From contig CAMBUD010000004.1 of NCBI GenBank assembly GCA_945871035.1, forward strand, positions 9,001-73,000: 64,000 bases of DNA, written 5' to 3'. The position numbers and the translations under genes are program-made. The notes below the pieces were generated by a model. The model was not told where the DNA came from and made no database searches. It saw only the letters and a program-made list of their open reading frames with translations. This DNA comes from Planctomicrobium piriforme (GTDB lineage: Bacteria > Planctomycetota > Planctomycetia > Pirellulales > UBA1268). Below, in pieces: positions 48,101-57,177 of this stretch; within the stretch, counting starts at the first letter, position 1; every line of letters begins with the position of its first letter.

Positions 48101-48331
48101 AGATCGCTGCGACCGATTCGGGCCGGTGAAGAACTCACATTCGACTACGAGACTTTTGAATACGAGATCGAGTACCTCAAAGGTCCGTGTCTGTGCGGAT
48201 CGGCTCAGTGCCGAGGACACCTTCGCGGCTACAAATATTTACCGGCAGATGTCAAGGCACGCTACGGCGAGTTCATTGCCGAATATCTGCGGGCACTGGA
48301 AGGCGAGATAACGGTTCCCATCGGGGCCTAG
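45176..48331 (+). CDS. cphA: Cyanophycin synthetase fused in frame to a C-terminal SET-domain methyltransferase module
   Basis: N-domain 'MEIQTLKVLRGPNQWASFPVLEAWVDLG', ATP-grasp 'VVVKPRYGNQGRGVSV', Mur-ligase-type P-loop 'VTGTNGKTT'. Residues ~898-1051 carry 'NHSCTPNC', 'ELTFDY' and 'CLCGSAQCRGH' (SET/post-SET). ATG 45176 chosen; the longest ORF starts at 45062. Confidence 0.9.
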   Translation: MEIQTLKVLRGPNQWASFPVLEAWVDLGRLEDYPSDTIPGFNDRLIEWLPSLIEHRCSIGERGGFLQRLRTGTWMGHILEHVTLELQSIAGQPVSFGKARETATRGVYKVVIQFKEESFAIECLHTAQRLLMAAIAGETFDVACEIKRLKKVLLDVQLGPSTRSIVEAAAARGIPTRRLNDGSLVRLGHGAKQRRIIAAETDRTGAVAESIAQDKELTRTLLLEAGIPVSEGRPVVDAADAWLAAEEIGVPVVVKPRYGNQGRGVSVSLFTRAEVEKAWHVAREQDSAVVVERFVSGSDYRLLVVGGAVVAVARRHPPTVMGTGQLTVQQLVDRINEDPRRCGDHAGALSPVVIDEVALAVLAEQGLALESIPAAERLVFLRQNANLSTGGSAEDVTDTVHPAVASLAVEAARIIGLDVAGVDVVALDITQPLELQRGVVIEVNAGPGLRMHIEPTVGTPRAVGAAIVDTLFAPGEDGRIPVAAVTGTNGKTTVVRLLAHLAAAGGATVGTTCTEGIWVGNRQIDSGDCSGPASARRVLANPLVTTAVLETARGGILREGCGFDHCDVAVVTNISSGDHLGLNEIDTPEQLAWVKGAIVTAVQTKGSAVLNAADPLVVAMKQWCKGQVVYFALDPNNPVLVAHLAQGGLTATVRDGWIVLCDGPRETRLANLDRVPLVHRGMIGFQVENVLASAAAAWCLGVPLELVRLGLESFSSGLAGSPGRFNLLDLEGTSIVVDYGHNIPALEQICGAIQKMSHGRRTAVYSAAGDRRDEDLIAQGRLLGATFDRVVIYEDAYVRGRQPGEITRMISEGIAQASRPGHPTTIEAGGNWSDSAAHVLDAVQPGELVLLQADSVEQSIPWLEAHYGKRLRETNLEEMAGLSAYSQQERVPGQSEPVEIKNGHLGRAACAARDLAAGETILKAWGPQLPKRTRHSMQVDVDTHILPDGVVVLLNHSCTPNCGLIIRSGTKEIEARSLRPIRAGEELTFDYETFEYEIEYLKGPCLCGSAQCRGHLRGYKYLPADVKARYGEFIAEYLRALEGEITVPIGA

Positions 48332-48345
48332 GGCCGGCCAAGCCG

Positions 48346-48370
48346 GGCCTCCAAGCCACCAGCGGAGGCC
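48346..48370. terminator. Hairpin between convergent cphA and mlaD (possible bidirectional terminator)
   Basis: GGCCTCC - 11 nt - GGAGGCC, a 7-bp GC-rich stem. It lacks a clear U-tract. Confidence 0.3.
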
Positions 48371-48375
48371 TCGAT

Positions 48376-49446
48376 TTACTTGAGCCCCGGGCGGCGGTCC
48401 AGCGCGCCGCGAACGCCTAGTTGCTCGGGGTGGCGTGCGATCTTGTCGGTGAAGACGCGCACGTCGTCCACGATCGGTCGCAGTTCTTTCGTGATCGAAT
48501 TCACATTGGCAGCCGCTTGGGCAAGATCGTCGTAGACCTTTGGATCGCGTACGAGTTTGCCGAGCGTACCATCGGATTGGTTGAGCGCCTTGGTAAACAT
48601 GGCGGCTTGCTGCAGGACATCATCGAGGCGACCGATTGTGCGATCAACCTGAGCCACCATTTCCTCGCCGCGTTCGCCCAGTGGCCGTGTGAGTCCTTCA
48701 AGATTGCGCAAATTACGATCAGCAGTGTCGACTGTTGTGCTGATCCCCTTCACGGTGGATCGCAGATCGGCGAGCACTTCGGGCAGTGCTTCGATTGCCG
48801 CCTTCATCTTATCGCGGGCATTTGGATCGCCCATGACGTCATTGATGTTGTTCATGGCGAGGCTGAAGGACTCGAGCGCAATCTCAGTTTTATCTACCAT
48901 TTGTTTAAATTTGTCATCCTCACCCAGGAATAATTTGTCGAGATTTGTGGAGAGTTTGCTGACGGATTCGCTGGCAATTGTCAGTGAATCGAGGGCCAAG
49001 GCCAGCTTTGGTTCGAGCGACGCAAACGCTTCAAAGGGATCGCGACTGATCCCCCCAACAAGCACCTCATCTTTCCCGACGCGTTGGCGAGGCGGCACGA
49101 TCCGACCAGATACCAGAGAAATTTCCGCATCTCCCAGGAGAGAGCCGCTGATTTTCGGCTGCTCGTCACGATAGATCGGCACATAGGAATCGATGTCGGC
49201 AACCACACTCACTCCCCCGCGCTCATCGAGGACAATGCTGCCAACCCGTCCTACCAAGATGCCATTTTTACGAACAGGCGTTCCGGCTGACACGCCACGG
49301 GCATCTGCGAAGCTCATCCGTAAGGGGTAGCTGGCTTGCACCAGCGATGGCAGATCGCCAAACAACACGATCAAGATGCCCGCAATGATTGCCGTAGCAA
49401 GCACAAGGACCCCCACGCGAAATTGCATGACTCGCTCGTTCATCAT
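48376..49446 (-). CDS. mlaD: MlaD/MCE-domain protein
   Basis: N-terminal TM 'FRVGVLVLATAIIAGILIVLF'. MCE core 'GVSAGTPVRKNGILVGRVGSIVLDERGGVSVVADI'. Long helical C-terminal region. Confidence 0.8.
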   Translation of the reverse strand: MMNERVMQFRVGVLVLATAIIAGILIVLFGDLPSLVQASYPLRMSFADARGVSAGTPVRKNGILVGRVGSIVLDERGGVSVVADIDSYVPIYRDEQPKISGSLLGDAEISLVSGRIVPPRQRVGKDEVLVGGISRDPFEAFASLEPKLALALDSLTIASESVSKLSTNLDKLFLGEDDKFKQMVDKTEIALESFSLAMNNINDVMGDPNARDKMKAAIEALPEVLADLRSTVKGISTTVDTADRNLRNLEGLTRPLGERGEEMVAQVDRTIGRLDDVLQQAAMFTKALNQSDGTLGKLVRDPKVYDDLAQAAANVNSITKELRPIVDDVRVFTDKIARHPEQLGVRGALDRRPGLK

Positions 49447-49473
49447 ATCGAAGACCTCTCCGGAGTGCTCATT

Positions 49474-50343
49474 TTAAGGGTTGCCAGTGGCCGCTGGTGC
49501 GGCGTCGGCCCGCGCTTGTTCATCGCGCATTTCGGTGAGCCGAGCGCCGGCCTTGCCTTCAATGAATTGGCAGATTCTAGGGTCGGTGGAGCGGTCAAGT
49601 TCTGCCGGAGTGCCGTCAAAAACAAGTTGCTCCTCATCCTCGCCAAGCCTAGTGAGCGGATAGAGCATGATGATCCGGTCCGCCACCTTACGAGCTGAAA
49701 TCATGTCATGCGTGACGATAACGCTCGTCACGTGCTCGCGCGATCGCACGCGCATCATCAACTCATTGATGACATCGCTCATGATCGGATCGAGTCCTGT
49801 GGTTGGCTCGTCGTACAGCACCAGATGCGGATCGAGGGCAAGGGCACGAGCTAGGCCGACTCGCTTGCGCATGCCCCCGGAGAGTTGCACAGGCTTTTTT
49901 TGTCCCACGGAACCGGGGAGGCCCACCTCGGTGAGCAGCGCACTGACGATCTCCCGGATTTCAGGCTCTTTCAGGAGGGTGTGTTCGCGCAGCGGAAAGG
50001 CAACGTTATCGGCAATCGTCAGGCTGTCAAAAAGAGCCGCCCCTTGAAAGACAAATCCATATCGGGTGCGCATGTGGCCCAGATCAGCCTCACTCATGTG
50101 TGCTAAGGAGGAGCCTTCCAATCGCACCCCACCCTCCGAAGGTCGTACCAAGCCGATCATAGTTTTTAGCAGCACTGTTTTACCGCAACCGCTCTCGCCC
50201 AGAATAACCAGCGTTTGACCCGTTGGGATATCGATAGAAATCCGTCGCAGCACGTCTTGCTTACCAAAACTCACGGAGAGCGCAGCGATCTCAAGCAGCA
50301 TCGGCTTGGTTGCATCTAGGCGATTGGTGTTGGTGGTTGGCAT
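49474..50343 (-). CDS. mlaF: ABC transporter ATP-binding protein (MlaF-like)
   Basis: Walker A 'GESGCGKTV', signature 'LSGGMRKRVGLARAL', Walker B 'LVLYDEPTTGLDP'. ATG 50343 chosen so that it does not overlap mlaE. Confidence 0.85.
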   Translation of the reverse strand: MPTTNTNRLDATKPMLLEIAALSVSFGKQDVLRRISIDIPTGQTLVILGESGCGKTVLLKTMIGLVRPSEGGVRLEGSSLAHMSEADLGHMRTRYGFVFQGAALFDSLTIADNVAFPLREHTLLKEPEIREIVSALLTEVGLPGSVGQKKPVQLSGGMRKRVGLARALALDPHLVLYDEPTTGLDPIMSDVINELMMRVRSREHVTSVIVTHDMISARKVADRIIMLYPLTRLGEDEEQLVFDGTPAELDRSTDPRICQFIEGKAGARLTEMRDEQARADAAPAATGNP

Positions 50344-50396
50344 ATGGCAGTGTTGTGGATCAAGCTCAGTAGAGAGTCGGCGGAGTGCGTCAGTTT

Positions 50397-51290
50397 TTAG
50401 AGCAGCCTGCGGGGACCTTCGGGACGGAAAAAGTCGTGGACATTGTCGAGCCCAATTCCTAGAAATAAGTCGAGCACAAGGATCAGAACAAACGAATGCA
50501 CGAAGGCATTGGTCGCTGCTCGCCCCACGCCTTCGGCGCCAGGAGTGCAGTTGAATCCACGGTGACAACTCACCAGGGCAATGGCGGCCCCAAAAAAGAA
50601 GCTCTTGAAGATGCCCATCAGGAAATCAAAGGCGTCGACGTATTCGCGCGAATTATTCCAGTAATGGTGGTAGTCGATGCCCAGCAGCAGGTGCGAATAG
50701 AGATAACCCCCCAGCACACCCATAAAATCAGCCATAACGGTGAGCGTCGGGATCAGAATGAGGCAGCCAAGAAACCGAGGCACAACCAGATAATAAATAG
50801 GATTTGCCCCCATGCTCTCCATCGCATCGATCTGTTCAGTCACACGCATGGTGCCCAGCTCGGCAGCCATTGCGCTGCCCACGCGTCCTGCCAACATAGT
50901 GGCTGCCAGCACCGGACCGAGTTCGCGCACAAGCGAGAGGTTGATCACCGCTCCGAGTCGCGTCTGCAGACCGAGGGCCTTGAATTGGGCAAAACTTTGC
51001 ACAGCCAGCACCATGCCGATAAACAATCCCGTCAGCGCCACAACCGGCAGGGAGAGCACGCCAATCTGGTAGAAACTCGGCAGCAGAACATCTCGTCGCT
51101 GCCGCCGCGAGAAAATCCAGCCCAGCGTCTTGAGGGAGAAGATCGTCACATCTCCGATCCCAGCCACGCGACTCAGTGCAAACGAGCCGAGATTTGCAAT
51201 CTGGACTGCAAACCAAGCAGTCAGTCCACCGGCAGCAGCAGGCGCGTTTGCCCGAGTCGTTTCCGCCGGTGCTGTGGGTGTGGATGCCAT
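50397..51290 (-). CDS. mlaE: ABC transporter permease (MlaE-like)
   Basis: 297 aa, multi-TM. 'FYQIGVLSLPVVALTGLFIGMVLAVQ', 'LVRELGPVLAATMLAGRVGSAMAAELGTMRVTEQIDAMESMG'. Confidence 0.85.
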   Translation of the reverse strand: MASTPTAPAETTRANAPAAAGGLTAWFAVQIANLGSFALSRVAGIGDVTIFSLKTLGWIFSRRQRRDVLLPSFYQIGVLSLPVVALTGLFIGMVLAVQSFAQFKALGLQTRLGAVINLSLVRELGPVLAATMLAGRVGSAMAAELGTMRVTEQIDAMESMGANPIYYLVVPRFLGCLILIPTLTVMADFMGVLGGYLYSHLLLGIDYHHYWNNSREYVDAFDFLMGIFKSFFFGAAIALVSCHRGFNCTPGAEGVGRAATNAFVHSFVLILVLDLFLGIGLDNVHDFFRPEGPRRLL

Positions 51291-51500
51291 TGATCATCAA
51301 AGGACGCAACTGCGCACTTCGCTCCTTACCGCTGGGATCGGATGCACGGGTCAGGTAACTTGAACCGGCTCTGCAGGCAGCGCGGAATTGAGGCAGACTG
51401 CGGACTTCGAGCAGACTGGAGGAGAAGCAAATATCCAGCAGGTTACCGGCGCACTTCCTAGGCGAGACTTCCGCGGCAGATTTTTTACCGCTGCTTCTCG

Positions 51501-54056
51501 TTAGTCTGCGGCGGGAACGTCTTCATGGCCAGTGGCAGCGGCCACTGGTTCGGCAGTGACGATGCCCTTGAAGACTAGTTGCTTCTTGTCGGCCACCTCA
51601 ATGCAGTCCACCATGATCGTGTCCTTGCCCTCAAACTCCCCCTTGAGGAGTTCCTCGGATACCGGATCTTCGATGTAGTTTTCCAGCGCCCGACGCAGCG
51701 GGCGGGCTCCGAAGTCGGTGTCGGACCCCTTCTTGATCAGGAAATTCTTCGCCTCTTCGGTGAGCTCGAGCTTGAGCCCTCGGTCTTCCAGCCGTTCGCG
51801 AACCTTTGACAACTCAATGTCGATGACCTGTTTGAGGTCTTCAATCGTCAGATGATGGAACACAATGACATCGTCGAGGCGATTGAGAAACTCGGGCCGA
51901 AAGACTTTCTCGATTCGTTCGTTGACGCGACTCTTCATGCTGTCGTAGCTGGCGTCACCGTCCGGTTTTTGAAAACCAAAAGACGATTCATTCTTGATCG
52001 CATCGGCACCGGCGTTGGTGGTCATGATCAGGATCGCATTTCGGAAGTCCACATTGCGACCAAAGCTGTCAGTCAGACGCCCTTCTTCCATCACTTGCAG
52101 CAGCATGTTGAAAACATCGGGGTGCGCTTTTTCAATCTCATCGAGCAGCACCACAGAATAGGGCCGACGTCGGATCTTCTCCGTGAGTTGTCCGCCCTCT
52201 TCGAAGCCGACGTAGCCCGGCGGCGCACCGATCAAGCGGCTAACGTTGTGCTTTTCCATGTATTCGCTCATGTCGATCTGAATCAGTGCTTCGGCGTCAC
52301 CAAACATGAACTGCGCAAGTGCCTTGGCCAACAGCGTCTTGCCGACGCCCGTTGGGCCGGCAAACACAAAGCAACCGATGGGACGCTTGGGATCTTTCAA
52401 GCCGGAACGGCTGCGGCGCACTGCCTTAGAGATGCTTTTCAAAGCCTCGTTTTGTCCAATCACCCGGTTGTGGAGTTCGCCTTCCATCTCCATCAGTCGC
52501 TTGGTGTCCTCAGTGCTCATTCGCGTCAGTGGAATGCCGGTCATCTTTGATACCACTTCAGCCACCACCTCTTCGTCGACAACACCGTCGGCCTCTCGCG
52601 ACTTATCGCGCCAGTCGCGGGTCATGGACTGTTTCTTTTTCTTGAGTTTGTCGGCTTGGTCGCGGAGCGCCGCCGCCTTCTCAAAATCCTGATTGGCAAC
52701 GGCCTCTTCCTTTTCTTTGTTGAGCCGCTCAACCTCGTCGTCGATCTCCTTGAGATCCGGCGGTTTTGTCATCGCCTTGAGTCGCACGCGGGCGCCGGCT
52801 TCGTCAATCACGTCTATCGCCTTGTCGGGGAGGCAGCGGCCGGTGATGTAGCGACTGGAAAGCTCGACCGCCGAGAGGAGGGCCCCATCAGTGATCTGGA
52901 CACGGTGGTGGGATTCGTAGCGATCGCGAAGCCCCTTCAAGATCTCGACAGCCTCGGCCTTCGTCGCCGGTTCGACCATGATGATCTGAAACCGTCGATC
53001 GAGCGCCGAATCCTTTTCAATATACTTGCGGTATTCGTCGAGGGTTGTGGCTCCAATGCACTGGATCTCGCCGCGGGCCAAGGCCGGCTTCAGAACGTTG
53101 GAGGCGTCGATCGCCCCCTCGGCACCACCGGCGCCAACGAGCGTGTGCAACTCGTCGATGAAAAGAATCGTGTTTTTTGCGCGGCGCACCTCGTTCATGA
53201 CCGCCTTGATGCGTTCTTCGAACTGGCCCCGGTATTTTGTGCCAGCGACCATCATGGCTAGGTCGAGCACGACGATGCGACGATCGGCCAACAACTCCGG
53301 CACATTGCCGTCGATAACCCGCTGGGCAAAGCCTTCGACAATTGCTGTTTTGCCGACCCCCGCCTCACCGAGAAGCACAGGATTATTTTTTGTGCGCCTG
53401 CACAGAATCTGGATCGCACGTTCGATCTCTTTTTCACGGCCGATGACCGGATCGAGCTTGCCCTGTCGGGCCAATTCCGTCAGATCGCGACCGAAGCTGT
53501 CCAGCGCCGGGGTCTTACTTTTCCCCCCCTTTGTTGCCGATTCGGCACCGGCACCGGCACCGGCACCGGCAGTGGCACGACCCCCCATTCCAGCCCGCTC
53601 ACCACCTTCGTTTTCCATGCCATGACCGAGCAAATTCAGCACCTCTTCACGCACGTCTTCCAGCTTGAGACCCAGATTGAGGAGCACCTGCGCGGCCACG
53701 CCCTCTTGCTCGCGAAGCAAACCCAAGAGAATGTGCTCTGTGCCGACGTAGTTGTGATTGAGATTGCGCGCCTCCTCCATCGAATACTCAATCACCTTTT
53801 TGGCGCGAGGTGTTTGCGGCAGCTTGCCCATGGTTACCATGTCGGGCCCGCTCTGCACGAGTTTTTCGACTTCCATGCGAATCTTCCGCAGGTCGATGTC
53901 AAGGTTTTTGAGAACGTTGGCCGCCACGCCGCTGCCCTCTTTGATCAGTCCCAAGAGCACGTGCTCGGTGCCGATGTATTCATGGTTAAAGCGTTGGGCC
54001 TCTTGATTGGCCAACTGCATGACTTTGCGAGCACGGTCAGTAAAACGCTCATACAT
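51501..54056 (-). CDS. clpC: ATP-dependent Clp protease ATP-binding subunit ClpC
   Basis: Clp_N repeats '[37 protein letters not shown]', two AAA+ modules ('GEAGVGKTA', 'GPTGVGKTL'), UVR-like '[17 protein letters not shown]'. ATG 54056 chosen over the longest ORF (54185). Confidence 0.93.
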   Translation of the reverse strand: MYERFTDRARKVMQLANQEAQRFNHEYIGTEHVLLGLIKEGSGVAANVLKNLDIDLRKIRMEVEKLVQSGPDMVTMGKLPQTPRAKKVIEYSMEEARNLNHNYVGTEHILLGLLREQEGVAAQVLLNLGLKLEDVREEVLNLLGHGMENEGGERAGMGGRATAGAGAGAGAESATKGGKSKTPALDSFGRDLTELARQGKLDPVIGREKEIERAIQILCRRTKNNPVLLGEAGVGKTAIVEGFAQRVIDGNVPELLADRRIVVLDLAMMVAGTKYRGQFEERIKAVMNEVRRAKNTILFIDELHTLVGAGGAEGAIDASNVLKPALARGEIQCIGATTLDEYRKYIEKDSALDRRFQIIMVEPATKAEAVEILKGLRDRYESHHRVQITDGALLSAVELSSRYITGRCLPDKAIDVIDEAGARVRLKAMTKPPDLKEIDDEVERLNKEKEEAVANQDFEKAAALRDQADKLKKKKQSMTRDWRDKSREADGVVDEEVVAEVVSKMTGIPLTRMSTEDTKRLMEMEGELHNRVIGQNEALKSISKAVRRSRSGLKDPKRPIGCFVFAGPTGVGKTLLAKALAQFMFGDAEALIQIDMSEYMEKHNVSRLIGAPPGYVGFEEGGQLTEKIRRRPYSVVLLDEIEKAHPDVFNMLLQVMEEGRLTDSFGRNVDFRNAILIMTTNAGADAIKNESSFGFQKPDGDASYDSMKSRVNERIEKVFRPEFLNRLDDVIVFHHLTIEDLKQVIDIELSKVRERLEDRGLKLELTEEAKNFLIKKGSDTDFGARPLRRALENYIEDPVSEELLKGEFEGKDTIMVDCIEVADKKQLVFKGIVTAEPVAAATGHEDVPAAD

Positions 54057-54275
54057 AGAGTGATTCCTTGATAATTCTAAGCTCATCGGCGGCGTGCCAA
54101 TTCGGCAGTCATCCGCTCGTCCATTCAAACCTGCAAACCTTACGCCAAACGCTGCATTTGCAAACACACCGAAAAATTCTGCCAAGCCTATCGCCTAGGC
54201 GCAGCATTCAATTATAGAAGTGTTGGTGCCGATTGTCTGCCGGAGAAGTCTCAGAATAGCCTGTCACAGCCAGCT

Positions 54276-54890
54276 TTATGCAGCCACCTCTCCGGCGGCG
54301 GCATTTTTTGACACTTTTGCGGGCGAATCGATGGTCAGAATTGTGGCAGCTTCGGCTGCTGTTTCCGTGGGACTGGCGTTGGCGATCATTTGTAAATCCC
54401 GGGCAATTGCCGACCGCCAGGGCGTGCCAGAATCGCTCCGCGCAAGTTTTTCAAGCGCCGCGCGTGACTCGCGGACGCGGCCAACGCGGCGCAGCAGGCT
54501 GGCCAGCAAAAGCTGGGCTTCACCGTCGAGTGGCGACAGTTCCAAAAGTGCACAGAGTCTGGTTTCGGCCAACAGCCAGTCTCGTGCCAAATAGGCATCG
54601 CGGGCCTTCACAAATAGTGCCGCCATGGCCTCCTCGTGGGCCACTGGCAAGGCTGGAGGAAAAGCCGATAGTGCCGATACCGTGGCCAGGATCCAAACGG
54701 CCGCCGTGGCAGTCCAGAGTCCGAGTGAGACTTGCAGATCCACCACCTCCGACCATATCCAACTGGAAAGCACGGCGGCATCCAGCACGACGGCAAATGC
54801 CAGTGCCAGAATCAAACCAGCCAGACTGCCGCGCAGCCACAGCCACGGCATGCCGGGCCAGAGGAGCGTCAGGTAACGTGCAGGGCCCAC
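54276..54890 (-). CDS. Membrane protein with C-terminal TPR-like helical region
   Basis: Three predicted TM segments ('LAGLILALAFAVVLDAAVL', 'LGLWTATAAVWILATVSAL'), followed by 'ARDAYLARDWLLAETRLCALLELSPLDGEAQLLLASLLRRVGRVRESRAALEKL'. Confidence 0.55.
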   Translation of the reverse strand: MGPARYLTLLWPGMPWLWLRGSLAGLILALAFAVVLDAAVLSSWIWSEVVDLQVSLGLWTATAAVWILATVSALSAFPPALPVAHEEAMAALFVKARDAYLARDWLLAETRLCALLELSPLDGEAQLLLASLLRRVGRVRESRAALEKLARSDSGTPWRSAIARDLQMIANASPTETAAEAATILTIDSPAKVSKNAAAGEVAA

Positions 54891-55022
54891 GATCGCAACT
54901 CCAGGAACCAGAGGGTTGAGAGTTTGGCGACGGCTCGCTGTCGGCTCTCTATTTCAGCAGGCGGCGAAGTGTAGAGACGCCACCATATTTTTCCAAGACG
55001 TCTGGAGGCTACAACAGGAGAG

Positions 55023-56144
55023 ATGAAAAACAGTATGAAAACAGCCGGTGTCGCACAATCTGGGGAAGAGGCGGGAGTCTGGCGACTGCTGGATGCTTCC
55101 GCCAACCGGGCCGCAGAGGCATTGCGCGTGGTCGAGGATGTTGTGCGTTTTGTTTTGAACGACGCCCAACTCACGCAACTCGCCAAGGATCTGCGGCACG
55201 ATCTGGCAACTCTGCTGGCCCACAACGGCTTAGCGTCGCGAGTTTTTGTGCGCGATGTAGCGGGCGATGTGGGCGTGGAGATCGTGGCCGCTGCGGCCCT
55301 GCCGCGAGGCTCGGTGGACGGTGTGCTAGCGGCGAATGCGGCGCGAGCTGCGCAGGCCCTGCGCAGTTTGCAGGAATGCGCGCCGCTGGTTGCTTTAGCC
55401 ACGGGCGCAGAGTTTGAAAATCTTCGCTACCGGCTCTATGCGATGGAGCGAGCAGCCCGGGGCGTTTGGCGTGCGCAGGAATATTTCCACGAGATCAGGC
55501 TCTGCGTGCTGGTGGACGGCCAGGCCACACTCGCAGCCTTTGACCATCTGATCGAGTCGCTCCTCGCTGCGAACGTGCGCATGATTCAAATTCGGGACAA
55601 GCACCTATCCGTTCCGGCGATTGTGCAGAGAACCCAGCATGCCTTGGCAATCGCCCAGCGGCACGACCCCAGCGGTGGTGTCATCGTGGTCGTCAATAAT
55701 TACGCCGACGTGGCTGCCGCTACCGGTGCCGCCGGCGTCCACGTTGGCTCTGACGATCTTCCAGCTCAGTTGGTGCGACGGGTGATTGGCCCACGCTGTT
55801 TGCTCGGCCGTACCGTTCACAGCATGGCCGAGGCGCAGACGGCCGTTCGTGACGGCGCCGACTATCTCGGGGTCGGTCCCTGTTTTCCCTCCCCCACAAA
55901 ATCCTTTGCTACGTTTGCAACGCCCGAACTATTGAAGGCCATCTCTCGGGAAAATGGACTCCCACAATTTGCCATCGGCGGCATCACGCTGGATCACCTC
56001 GATGCATTGGCCGAATGCGGCTACAGTCGCGTCGCCGTGGCCTCGGCCGTCACCCGTGCAGCCAACCCTGGCAAAGCAGCAGCGGCAATCATTCAGCGGC
56101 TCAATCGGCTGGGGAGCGTTCCTGAGCCGTCCACTTCTTCTTGA
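55023..56144 (+). CDS. thiE: Thiamine-phosphate synthase with ~150-aa N-terminal helical extension
   Basis: C-terminal TMP-synthase barrel: 'MIQIRDKH', 'VVVNNYADVAAATGAAGVHVGSDD', 'GRTVHSMAEAQTAVRDGADYLGVGPCFPSPTK', 'FAIGGIT'. Confidence 0.8.
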   Translation: MKNSMKTAGVAQSGEEAGVWRLLDASANRAAEALRVVEDVVRFVLNDAQLTQLAKDLRHDLATLLAHNGLASRVFVRDVAGDVGVEIVAAAALPRGSVDGVLAANAARAAQALRSLQECAPLVALATGAEFENLRYRLYAMERAARGVWRAQEYFHEIRLCVLVDGQATLAAFDHLIESLLAANVRMIQIRDKHLSVPAIVQRTQHALAIAQRHDPSGGVIVVVNNYADVAAATGAAGVHVGSDDLPAQLVRRVIGPRCLLGRTVHSMAEAQTAVRDGADYLGVGPCFPSPTKSFATFATPELLKAISRENGLPQFAIGGITLDHLDALAECGYSRVAVASAVTRAANPGKAAAAIIQRLNRLGSVPEPSTSS

Positions 56145-56761
56145 GCCGTCGACTGCTTGAGGGCCGTCAGACTGTTGAGAGCCGCGAGAATGCTGCGGGC
56201 TATGTCGGCTTCATCGCGGGAGCGGTAGCCAACCCACACTGCCTGCACCCGCGCATCGGGGCCGATCAGGTAGGTGGTTGGATAGGCCTCCAATCCAAGG
56301 GACTCGCTAAAGAGCATGCGCACCACACCATCGGGATCAGCCCAGACGTTGAGCGCGAGGCGTTGATGGGTAAGAAAATCGCTTGTGCTCGCGGCAATTT
56401 CTGCAAGGTCATCGGGGCCGCCGCTGCCGCAGGAGATGGCCAAGAGCTGAAAATCTGGCTCCGATTCCAGACGCTTGGCCAAGCGTGCCAACCCCGGCAA
56501 CTCGCGGCGGCATGGCATGCACCACGTGCCCCAAAAATTGAGCAGCGTCACCTTGCCGGTGAACGTGGGTTCTGCCGTTCCCACCTGTGGCAACGACGGA
56601 TCAGTCAACGCCACCAACGGCAGTCTTCCCACTCGGCGGCCTATGGCCGGGTGGGACGGTAAGTCGCTGCGACAACCGGCACCGGTGACGCTCGCCAGCA
56701 CCAGCCACAGAGCAGCCCACTTTGAAAAAGGCAAACGCTTGCGGGTGGAGAGTCTCAGCAT
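56093..56761 (-). CDS. TlpA-family thiol:disulfide oxidoreductase lipoprotein
   Basis: Lipobox-like 'LASVTGAGC'. Trx-fold active site 'LLNFWGTWCMPCRRELP'. The 3-prime end overlaps the convergent thiE by 52 nt. Confidence 0.8.
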   Translation of the reverse strand: MLRLSTRKRLPFSKWAALWLVLASVTGAGCRSDLPSHPAIGRRVGRLPLVALTDPSLPQVGTAEPTFTGKVTLLNFWGTWCMPCRRELPGLARLAKRLESEPDFQLLAISCGSGGPDDLAEIAASTSDFLTHQRLALNVWADPDGVVRMLFSESLGLEAYPTTYLIGPDARVQAVWVGYRSRDEADIARSILAALNSLTALKQSTAQEEVDGSGTLPSRLSR

Positions 56762-56792
56762 CTGTTCACGAGAGTCGCACGGCCCATTGCCA

Positions 56793-57149
56793 TCAATCCA
56801 CGCGGACAATTGTATTGTCGGCACCGAGCACGATGATGGCAGGCTTGTGTCGCTCGGCTTCCTCCCCAGAATACCAGCCAAAAGACATGATTGTGAGCCG
56901 ATCGCCGGGCTTGCCGAGATGGGCCGTGGCGCCGTTGAGTTCGATGGTGCCCGAGCCGCGCAGGCCGTAGATCACGTACGTTTCAAAGCGTTCACCGTTG
57001 GAAAGATTGCCGATCAATATTCTCTCATAGGTTCGGAGCCCAACGCGTTCAGCCAAGTCGGCAGCAATCGTGAGGCTCCCCTCGTAATCCACGCTGGCGC
57101 CGGTAACGGCCGCGCGGTGGATCTTCGACTTCAGCAGGCAGATGTTCAT
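56793..57149 (-). CDS. panD: Aspartate 1-decarboxylase
   Basis: 'LLKSKIHRAAVTGASVDYEGSLTIAADL' (self-processing G-S site in 'YEGS'), 'NGERFETYVI', 'GSGTIELNGATAHLGKPGDRLTIMSF'. Confidence 0.92.
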   Translation of the reverse strand: MNICLLKSKIHRAAVTGASVDYEGSLTIAADLAERVGLRTYERILIGNLSNGERFETYVIYGLRGSGTIELNGATAHLGKPGDRLTIMSFGWYSGEEAERHKPAIIVLGADNTIVRVD

Positions 57150-57177
57150 CGGCAACTCAGAAGAATCCAAGGGATGG

